In this document: piece after piece, positions 37,555 to 45,152 of the stretch
Layout of the letters: each line of letters begins with the position of its first letter
Numbering within the stretch: position 1 is the first letter of the stretch
Source: an uncultured Actinomycetes bacterium
GTDB taxonomy: Bacteria > Actinomycetota > Actinomycetes > Streptosporangiales > Streptosporangiaceae
Length of the DNA stretch: 64,000 bases
Assembly (NCBI GenBank): GCA_963785765.1
Contig: CAWAWM010000009.1
Coordinates: 46,281 to 110,280, forward strand
Direction: 5' to 3'
The notes under the pieces: generated by a model
The model's input: only the letters and a program-made list of their open reading frames with translations
Database searches by the model: none
What the model was told of the DNA's origin: nothing
Translations under genes and position numbers: made by a program

Positions 37555-38492
37555 GACCGGTAGTACGTGAAGCGCCTGCCGACCCGGAACTGGATCGCAG
37601 TGACCACGATGATAACGAGGAACAGGAGGTAGGCAATGGCGGACGCGTAGCCGAAGTTGAAGTTCACGAAGGCCTGCTCGAAGAGGTAATAGACCAGCAC
37701 GGTGGTGGCGTTGAGCGGGCCGCCCTGGGTGCTCAGGTACACCTCATCGAAGAGCTGCAACGCGTTGATGGTCAGCCAGACGGCCAGGAACAGCGACGCC
37801 GGGCTGAGCAGCGGCAGCGTGATCCGGCGGAAGGTGGCCCAGCGGCCCGCACCGTCGGTCGCGGCCGCGTCGATGAGGTCGGCCGGGATGCCCTGCAGCG
37901 CCGCCAGGTAGATCACCACCGAGAAGCCGCTCCAGCCCCAGATCGTCATGATCACGATCACGTACAGGGCCTGCGACGGGGAGTTGAGGAACTGCTGCTG
38001 CGGGATGCCGACCAGGCCGAGGAAATAATTCACCAGGCCGTAGGACGGATCGAACAGCCAGATGAACACGATCGCCTCACTGATCGTGGAGATCGCCATC
38101 GTCGCGTACGCGGCGGTCCGGTACAGCGAGATGAACCGGATCTTCCGGTTCATCGCCACCGCCAGGAACAGGCCGACCACCATGGTGCCCGGCACGAACA
38201 GGGCCGTATAGACAATGGTGTGCTCGATCGCCTGGCCGACCACCGGGTCGTGCAGCAGCGCGCGGTAGTTACGCAGCCCCACGTACGGGGTGCTCGGCGA
38301 GAGCAGGTTGTTCTGCTGGAAGGACATGATCGCCGACCAGACGATCGGCACCGCGCCGAACAGCAGGATGATCGCCACGCCCGGGGTCACGAACGCCCAC
38401 CCGGTGAAGTGCTCCGACCGGGCTACCCGGCGGCGCGACCTGGAGGCAGCGCTCTGGCTTCGGCGCCGCAGCGATGCGGAAGGTGCGGCCAC
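37551..38492 (-). CDS. Carbohydrate ABC transporter permease (MalF-like)
   Basis: 313 aa, six TM helices, loop DAAATDGAGRWATFRRITLP. Confidence 0.9.
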   Translation of the reverse strand: MAAPSASLRRRSQSAASRSRRRVARSEHFTGWAFVTPGVAIILLFGAVPIVWSAIMSFQQNNLLSPSTPYVGLRNYRALLHDPVVGQAIEHTIVYTALFVPGTMVVGLFLAVAMNRKIRFISLYRTAAYATMAISTISEAIVFIWLFDPSYGLVNYFLGLVGIPQQQFLNSPSQALYVIVIMTIWGWSGFSVVIYLAALQGIPADLIDAAATDGAGRWATFRRITLPLLSPASLFLAVWLTINALQLFDEVYLSTQGGPLNATTVLVYYLFEQAFVNFNFGYASAIAYLLFLVIIVVTAIQFRVGRRFTYYRS

Positions 38493-38493
38493 G

Positions 38494-39789
38494 CTACTGG
38501 CTGGGGTTCGCGAGAACCTGGTTGACCTGCGCGGCGGCGCTGGAAAGCGCGGCGGCAGGCTGGGTCTTGCCGAGCAGCACGGACACGACCATGGTGCCGA
38601 GGATCTGGGAGATCTTCGGATAGGTGGCGATCTGCGGGCGGGCCTGATGGACGTTGCCCAGGTTCGTGATGAAGGTGTCCACGCCGGGCAGCGCCTTGTC
38701 CATCTGCTGCGAGAACCCGGCCGAGTTGGTCACCGAGGCCCGGGTCGGCAGGTCGCCGGTGGCCAGCGAGAAGTACCTGACCTGGGCCGGGGCGGTGAGC
38801 CAGAGCAGGAACTTCTCCGCCGCCGCCACCTTGGCGGAGCCGTTGTTGAAGATCACCCAGTTGTCCGGGCCCGAAATGGTCTGGTGACCGCCGCTCGTGC
38901 CCGGATAGGACGGCATGACCTGCACGCCATAATGCACGTTCGGGAAGGTGGACAAGTCCCAGGGGCCGGTGACCACCATGCCGATCCTGCCTGAGTTGAA
39001 CAGAGTGTCGTAAGCCGAGTCGGTCGGGTCCAGGTACATGGAGTGGTCGGTGACGGCCATCTGCCGCAGGGTGTTCAGCGACTGGAGCCCGGCGGCCGAG
39101 TCGAAGGCGGCCTTCTTGTTGTCCGGGGTGAGCAGCTTGCCGCCCGCCTCCCACAGCAGCGCCTCCCAGTGCCACACGGTGTCCTCGTTGCCCGGCGTGA
39201 CGTAGGCCGTCCCGTACTGCTTCTTGGCCGCGTTGGTGAGGCGCTGGGCATCGGCCGTGAACTGGGACCAGGTCCAGTCCGGCCCGGGCGGCTGCAGTCC
39301 AGCCTGGGCGAACAGCGTCTTGTTGTAGACCACCGCCAGGTTGTCGACGAGGGCCGGGATCCCGATGACCTTTCCGTTGACGGTCGCCACATCCCGCTCG
39401 CCCACCCAGAAGTCGTTCCAGTTGACACCGGGCCGTTGCACCACGTTGGTCAGGTTGACCACCTGCGGGATCTGGGCCACGTTCGGCGCCCAGGAGCCGT
39501 ACAGGTAGGCGATGTCGGGCGTGCTGCCGCCGCGCACCGCGGTCAGCACTTTCTGCAGCGAGTCGTCGTTGTCGACGTACAGGCTGGTCACGGTCTGGCC
39601 GGTCTGCTTCTGGTACTCGCTGAGCAGATGAGCGAACGCCTTCGCCTCGGTCTGGGTGTAGCCCTCCCAGATCTGGATGGCGGTCCCGCTGCTGCTCGAG
39701 CTGCCGCCGCCGCTGCCGCTCCCGCAGGCCGCCAGTCCGAGCGCGACCAGTGCGGCTGCCACTGCCGTCTTGAGCCAGTAACTTCTCAT
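38494..39789 (-). CDS. Extracellular sugar-binding lipoprotein (ABC family-1 SBP)
   Basis: 431 aa. Lipobox LGLAAC followed by a Gly/Ser linker. No ATPase gene in the locus. Confidence 0.9.
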   Translation of the reverse strand: MRSYWLKTAVAAALVALGLAACGSGSGGGSSSSSGTAIQIWEGYTQTEAKAFAHLLSEYQKQTGQTVTSLYVDNDDSLQKVLTAVRGGSTPDIAYLYGSWAPNVAQIPQVVNLTNVVQRPGVNWNDFWVGERDVATVNGKVIGIPALVDNLAVVYNKTLFAQAGLQPPGPDWTWSQFTADAQRLTNAAKKQYGTAYVTPGNEDTVWHWEALLWEAGGKLLTPDNKKAAFDSAAGLQSLNTLRQMAVTDHSMYLDPTDSAYDTLFNSGRIGMVVTGPWDLSTFPNVHYGVQVMPSYPGTSGGHQTISGPDNWVIFNNGSAKVAAAEKFLLWLTAPAQVRYFSLATGDLPTRASVTNSAGFSQQMDKALPGVDTFITNLGNVHQARPQIATYPKISQILGTMVVSVLLGKTQPAAALSSAAAQVNQVLANPSQ

Positions 39790-40089
39790 GCCGCCCTCTG
39801 TCTCTGTGGGCCTGACCGGACATACGACGACTCATGCGCGAATAGTCGATGTTTCAGACATCATTGCGCGCGGCTACCGGTCGGTGTCAAGCCCGTCGGC
39901 AGGACTTCGCGTTCATCGGACCGACTCGAAATAGTGACAATACTCTCTATAACGGATCCCGGTCACCAGTCATGTGATTCTCCCTAGCTCCTTCAGCACC
40001 AGAACACTTCTCCAGTCACTCTTCAGCTAGCTCGCCGTCGCTCTCCAGGGCTGCAATATTCTGCGTGCTCTTGCTCATAGACATACAAA

Positions 40090-41403
40090 ATGCGACACTG
40101 TCGAGCTGTGATCAAGGTTGCGTTCATCAGCGCCGGCAGCATCGAGTTCACCCGCAACGTCGTGACCGACTTGTGCAGCTACCCCGAGTTCCGTGGCGGC
40201 GTGCACCTTTCCCTGCACGACATCAGCGCCCCCCGCCTGGCCTTTGCCGAGCGGCTGGCCAGGCAGATCGTCGCGCAGACTGGGTCTGGTGCCACCGTGA
40301 CCGCCTCGCTCGATCGCCGGGCGGCGGTCAAGGGCGCCCAGTACGTGATCAACGAGGTCCAGGTCGGCGGCTACGACGCGACCCGGGCGGACTTCGACAT
40401 CCCGGCTCGCTACGGCGTCCGCCAGACCATCGCCGACACGCTCGGCATCGGCGGCATCTTCCGCGGCCTGCGCACCATCCCGGTGGTGGTGGGGCTCGCC
40501 CGCGACATGCTCGACCAGTGCCCGGACGCGTACCTGCTCAACTACTCCAACCCCATGGCCATGCTCCCCTGGGCGGTCTACCAGGGCACCGACTTCGGCC
40601 GGGTATTCGGCCTGTGTCACTCGGTCAGGGACACCCACAAGTTCCTGGCCGGGCTGGTCGGCCTGGATCCCGCCGAGGTCACCTTCCGCACCGCCGGCTT
40701 CAACCACCAGGCGTTCGTGCTGACCTTCGAGCACGCGGGCCAGTCCCTCTACCCGCGGCTTACCGAGATCATCGACGGCTCGCCCGAGCTACAGCGCCGG
40801 GTGCGGGTCGAGCTGTTCCGCAGGTTCGGCTACTTCCCGACCGAGTCAAGCGAGCACTCGGCCGAGTACGTGCCCTGGTTCATGCGGCACGACGGCGAGA
40901 TCGAGCGGTTCCGGATCTTCGTCGGCGATTACCTGGCCCGCTCCGAGGAGAACCTGCGCGAGCTCGAGTCGCTGCAGGTCCAGCTGGAGGCGGGCACGCC
41001 GCTCGACCTCGAGCCCACCGACGAACTTGCCTCGCAGTTCATCCACTCCCTGGAGACCGGCACCGGCCGCGAGCTGTACGTCAACGTCCGTAACGACGGG
41101 CTTATCACCAGCCTGCCCGGCGAATGCTGCGTCGAGGTGCCGTGCGCGGTCGGCGCGGGCGGCGCCAAGCCGCAGGCCATCGGCGCATTGCCGGCCCAGC
41201 TGGCCGCGCTCAACCGGACCTTCCTGAACGTGGTCGAGCTGACCGTGCGGGCCGCCCTCGACGGCCGCAGGGACCACGTCTACCAGGCCGCCCTGCTCGA
41301 CCCGAACACGGCGGCCACGCTGACCACGTCGCAGGTGATAGCGATGTGCGATGACCTGCTCGAAGCTCACCGGGCGCTGCTGCCGCCCGCACTGGCCGGC
41401 TGA
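40090..41403 (+). CDS. GH4 NAD(+)/Mn-dependent glycosidase (alpha-galactosidase/alpha-glucosidase family)
   Basis: KVAFISAGSIEF Rossmann N-terminus, NYSNPMA, GLCHSV. The start may be GTG 40108 instead of ATG 40090. No clear RBS for either. Confidence 0.85.
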   Translation: MRHCRAVIKVAFISAGSIEFTRNVVTDLCSYPEFRGGVHLSLHDISAPRLAFAERLARQIVAQTGSGATVTASLDRRAAVKGAQYVINEVQVGGYDATRADFDIPARYGVRQTIADTLGIGGIFRGLRTIPVVVGLARDMLDQCPDAYLLNYSNPMAMLPWAVYQGTDFGRVFGLCHSVRDTHKFLAGLVGLDPAEVTFRTAGFNHQAFVLTFEHAGQSLYPRLTEIIDGSPELQRRVRVELFRRFGYFPTESSEHSAEYVPWFMRHDGEIERFRIFVGDYLARSEENLRELESLQVQLEAGTPLDLEPTDELASQFIHSLETGTGRELYVNVRNDGLITSLPGECCVEVPCAVGAGGAKPQAIGALPAQLAALNRTFLNVVELTVRAALDGRRDHVYQAALLDPNTAATLTTSQVIAMCDDLLEAHRALLPPALAG

Positions 41404-41445
41404 AGCGGCCCGCTCCCGGCAGGCCCGCACCACGAAAGAGGCGCC

Positions 41446-43314
41446 ATGACAGCCAGGCAGGCACTGCGATGGTCGGTCATCCGCGGGAGTGAGCGCGGCA
41501 GGCGCCGGGCGCCGCGGATCGTGGCGACGGCTGGCCTGACCGTCATGCTGGCCGCGGGCCTGGCGGCCGGGCCAGGCATCGCTCTGGCGCGGCCGGGCGC
41601 CACGGTCACGGCCACGGTGACCGCCGCGCGAACCGGCGCCACCGTCACCGCTGCTCGGACCGGCGCCACGGTGACCGCCGCGCGGACGCGCCAGGTCAGC
41701 CGGACAGCGCCGATCCCGCGGCCCGGCCATCGGGGCAGGCTGCGGGTGACCGGGCGGCTGCGCGACGGCGGCACGGTGACCGCGGCCGGGCTGTCCTGGC
41801 GGCCGCCGCGGCTGCCGCGCGGTGACCGGCTGCTGAGCTTCGAGGTCGGGTACTACTGGCGGTCCTGCCCGGCGCACGGGTCCTGCAAGACCGCGCCGGA
41901 CAGCACCGCGACGCCGTTCGCGGCCCGGTCCTACATCGTCGGCCACGCCGACACCGGCCAGCGGCTGAAACTGACCGAAACGGCGACCGAGGTGGTCGAG
42001 ACCGATCCGGCCACGTTCTCGTTCAGCGTCATTCGTGCCTCCGTGAGCGCCGAGACCAGCCGGACCGCGGGCGGTTACCGCGCCGGCCTGCCGCCGCGGA
42101 CCGAGTTCGTAAACGGGACGCCCGAGGCCCGCACCGCGTCCCGCGAGGAGTACTTCCAGGTCGATCCGCCGCACTACAACAGCCGTGACGGCCGGCCTGT
42201 GCAGCGGTACCGGATCGACGAGCGGCGGTGGCGGGCGCTGCCGGCCAGCGGCGTGTTCTACACCGGCACGCTCAGCATCGGCCGGCACCGGGTCACGGTC
42301 CGAACGGCCAACCTGGCGGGCGCGACCACGACGGCGTTCGGCTGGCGAGTGGTGCCCATGCCCGCACCGGCCCGGTGTCGCGGCACCTGCTGGTATCCGC
42401 CGCACCTGGCCGCCAACCACCGCCCGATGCGCTGGGACTGGCAGATCGGCCGGGTCACCCCGCTGCAGCGCACCGGTACACGGGCCGTCGACATCTACGA
42501 CATCGACGGCTTCCTGACCACCAGGGCGCAGGTACACGCGATCCACACCAGCTGGCAGGCGAGCACGCTGCCGCACCCCAAGGCGGTCTGCTATATCGAC
42601 CTGGCCTGGGAGGACTACCGGCCGGATGCCAGCCCAGGCCGCCGCGGCGGCTACTTCCCCGCCGCGGCGCTCGGCAACGTCTACTACGGATACGCCGACG
42701 AGCGGTGGGTCGACTTCCGGCAGCTGGACGCGCTGAAGCCAATGCTCAACGAGCGGATCGGGATGTGCGCGCGGAAGGGTTTTGACGCCATCGAGCTCGA
42801 CGACATCGACAGCTTCGACCCGCCCTCGACCACCGGGTTCCATCTCACCCCTGGCGACGCGCAGAACCTGCTCGCCTACGCCTTCAACCAGATCCACCGC
42901 GACGGCATGACCGGCCTGTGGAAGAACTCCCCGTACCTGAGCTGGTGGGGACGGCGTTACGCGGACGGCGCGGTGGTCGAGGAATGCTACGTCGGGCACG
43001 CCTGCTTCGCTTCGCAGCTACGCGGCAGCAAGCAGTACGGGATCACCTGCACCGCGCTGTCCGGCCGCACGCCTTGCGGCTGGGACGACTTCAGCACCGA
43101 CGCCACCGTGAACCAGCCGTCCGGCAAGTGGGTGGGCGAGGCTGAGTACGACGCGGATCATTACGTCTGCAATCCGGGCCAGCACTGCCCCCAGGCCCGG
43201 CTATTCAGCACGTTCTGCCGGGTCGTGTACGCGCCGCCGTCCGGGTTCGCCGCCGTCAAGTTCGACGTGGACCTGGACGGGAAGATGTTCTACCCGTGCC
43301 CGCGCGGCCGGTGA
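41446..43314 (+). CDS. Secreted protein with C-terminal GH114-like (endo-alpha-1,4-polygalactosaminidase) domain
   Basis: 622 aa. Arg-rich signal peptide ending ALA. ATVTAARTG repeats, then ~280 aa unrecognised. C-terminal AVDIYDIDGF ... CYIDLAWEDYRPD ... ERWVDFR ... GFDAIELDDIDSF reads as the GH114 TIM-barrel signature as I recall it. Confidence 0.7.
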   Translation: MTARQALRWSVIRGSERGRRRAPRIVATAGLTVMLAAGLAAGPGIALARPGATVTATVTAARTGATVTAARTGATVTAARTRQVSRTAPIPRPGHRGRLRVTGRLRDGGTVTAAGLSWRPPRLPRGDRLLSFEVGYYWRSCPAHGSCKTAPDSTATPFAARSYIVGHADTGQRLKLTETATEVVETDPATFSFSVIRASVSAETSRTAGGYRAGLPPRTEFVNGTPEARTASREEYFQVDPPHYNSRDGRPVQRYRIDERRWRALPASGVFYTGTLSIGRHRVTVRTANLAGATTTAFGWRVVPMPAPARCRGTCWYPPHLAANHRPMRWDWQIGRVTPLQRTGTRAVDIYDIDGFLTTRAQVHAIHTSWQASTLPHPKAVCYIDLAWEDYRPDASPGRRGGYFPAAALGNVYYGYADERWVDFRQLDALKPMLNERIGMCARKGFDAIELDDIDSFDPPSTTGFHLTPGDAQNLLAYAFNQIHRDGMTGLWKNSPYLSWWGRRYADGAVVEECYVGHACFASQLRGSKQYGITCTALSGRTPCGWDDFSTDATVNQPSGKWVGEAEYDADHYVCNPGQHCPQARLFSTFCRVVYAPPSGFAAVKFDVDLDGKMFYPCPRGR

Positions 43315-43387
43315 GCCAGGCGGCCGGAAGAGGGTAGGGTCCGCGTTCGGGGCGGCAAGCCGGGGCGCTCCGCTCGCGCTGGCTGGG

Positions 43388-44026
43388 CTAGAGCTCGACG
43401 CTGGTGCCAGGCTCCAGGCGGCTGAAGGTGCCGCCGGACGGCCCGGCGGCTAGCGTCATGAGGTTCTGCATGAGCCCGAGCCCGTTGGCGTTCAGGAGCC
43501 CGTCGTGGATCGCGTAGCCGCGCTGCGGGTCCACCGCGCGGCCGTAGTCGATCATCTCGGATACCTTGAGCCAGGGCGCGTTGGCCGGCAGCAGCAGGGT
43601 CGGCACCGGGTCTTCCGGCACCGTCAGCGCGTCGCCGGGGTGGAAAATCTCGCCGTCGACCGCGAATCCGGTGTTCGCGACGATCGGGATGTCCCGGTGG
43701 ACCTCCGCGTGCTTCTGGCCGTAGACGTGCACGTCGAATCCGGCGGCCTGGAAGACGTCACCGTGGGCGACCGTATGGACTCGGCCGCCGAAGTCCGCGT
43801 ACTGGCTGGCCACCGCGGCGTTGGTCCACACCTCGAGTTCCGGGTTGCCGGTCATCGCCGTGCGGAGGAGCTCGTTACTCACATGATCAACGTGCTCGTG
43901 AGTGATCAGGACCGCGTCCGCGACGGCCAGCGCGTCCGGCCCGCTGAAGACGCCCGGATCGATAACCAGCGCCGCGCCGTCCTTCTCCAGGCGAACGCAC
44001 GCGTGTCCGAGCTTGGTCAGTCGCAT
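43388..44026 (-). CDS. MBL-fold metallo-hydrolase
   Basis: The ORF opens at 44248. ATG 44026 follows GGGAG. MRLTKLGHACVRLE ... LITHEHVDH. Confidence 0.75.
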   Translation of the reverse strand: MRLTKLGHACVRLEKDGAALVIDPGVFSGPDALAVADAVLITHEHVDHVSNELLRTAMTGNPELEVWTNAAVASQYADFGGRVHTVAHGDVFQAAGFDVHVYGQKHAEVHRDIPIVANTGFAVDGEIFHPGDALTVPEDPVPTLLLPANAPWLKVSEMIDYGRAVDPQRGYAIHDGLLNANGLGLMQNLMTLAAGPSGGTFSRLEPGTSVEL

Positions 44027-44252
44027 CGTCACTCCCTGCCGCTGAATCCCGGTGCTGCTGAATCCTGCATCCCCGCCCTCGCCGCTGACGATACCGAGCG
44101 CGGTCAGGTCGCTGGCTGCCGCCCCGGGCGGAACGCGAAGCTGGCGCCGCGACGCGCGGGCCGGGCGGCGCGCGAACCCGGCGCAGTGCAAACCAGGCGG
44201 AGCATAGGCCGGGCGGCGCGCGAAGCTGGCGGAGCGCGGGCCGGACACCGCA

Positions 44253-44294
44253 GTCAGCGGTCAGCGCTCAGTGGTCAGTGGTCAGCGGTCAGCG
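44253..44294 (-). repeat. Six tandem heptamers (minus strand C(C/G)(G/A)CTGA) beginning with the TetR stop codon
   Basis: Plus strand reads gtcagcg gtcagcg ctcagtg gtcagtg gtcagcg gtcagcg. The stop TGA is at 44289-44291. Confidence 0.8.
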
Positions 44295-45152
44295 GGACGC
44301 CAGGCCGCGCAGCAATTCGTCGACCACGCGACGGGCGTAGCCATCTTCGATCGGCTGCAGCCCGGACCTGCTCCGGATGAGCACAGCGCCGCTCAGCATG
44401 TACATCGCTGCCTCGATGTCGATCCCCTCGCGGAGCTCTCCGGTGCCAACGCCGCGGCGCAGCACCGACCGGATCACCTCGCGCCTGGGCTCGATGACCG
44501 TCTCGTTGTAGCGGGCCATCAGGCGCGGGTATTTCGCGCCCTCCCCCTGCAGCAGCGCGAACTGCCTGGCCCGCCGGGGATCGGCGGACTCCAGGCACAG
44601 CGCCTCCAGCAGAGCGATCAGGTCGCTGCGCACCGACTTGCCTTTCGGCTGCGGCAACGGGACCCGCAGCCCGGCCAGTGCGTCGAGGAGCAGCTCCTCC
44701 TTGCCCGGCCAGCGCCGGTAAATAGTGGCCTTGCCGACGCCCGCCCGGGCGGCCACCTTCTCGATGCACAATCCCTCCGGGCCCGACTCGGCGAACAGGC
44801 TCAGCGCTGCGTCGATGATCGCCCGGTCGGCGTCCTCGCTGCGCGGTCGGCCGGGCCGCCGGCGTTCGGCAGCCAGCTTCGGGTCGTCGGCCGCCGCGGC
44901 TGAGTCCACGGTGCTAGCTGAGTCCACGGTGCTAGCTGAATCCACGGTGCTAGCTGACACCGTGGCAGCTGAGTCCTCGGTGCTAGCTGAGTCCACCGTG
45001 GCAGCTGAGTCCACCGTGCTAGCTGAGTCCACCGTGGCAGCTGAGTCCTCGGTGCTAGCTGACTCCGTGCTGGCTGACACCGTGCTAGCTGACTCGGTGC
45101 TAGCTGACTCCGTGCTGGCTGACACCGTGGCGGCGTTACCTCGGCGCGTCAT
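44289..45152 (-). CDS. TetR-family transcriptional regulator with ~80-aa Ser/Thr/Ala/acidic repeat N-terminal extension
   Basis: The ORF opens at 45410. ATG 45152 overlaps the MFS 3' end by 17 nt. HTH is IEKVAARAGVGKATIYRRWPGKEELL. Confidence 0.85.
   Translation of the reverse strand: MTRRGNAATVSASTESASTESASTVSASTESASTEDSAATVDSASTVDSAATVDSASTEDSAATVSASTVDSASTVDSASTVDSAAAADDPKLAAERRRPGRPRSEDADRAIIDAALSLFAESGPEGLCIEKVAARAGVGKATIYRRWPGKEELLLDALAGLRVPLPQPKGKSVRSDLIALLEALCLESADPRRARQFALLQGEGAKYPRLMARYNETVIEPRREVIRSVLRRGVGTGELREGIDIEAAMYMLSGAVLIRSRSGLQPIEDGYARRVVDELLRGLASR
44898..45131 (-). repeat. About 13 tandem 18-nt units (plus strand GCTGAGTCCACGGTGCTA and variants) encoding (SASTVD / SAATVD / SASTES)n
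   Basis: Read directly. In frame within the TetR N-terminus. Confidence 0.9.

Noticed and set aside
44898-45131. Possibility that the regular 18-nt array (or those at 49600, 57595 and 61276) is a CRISPR array
   Set aside because: The units are directly adjacent with no unique spacers, are much shorter than CRISPR repeats, and lie in frame in coding sequence or at gene ends. No cas genes are present.
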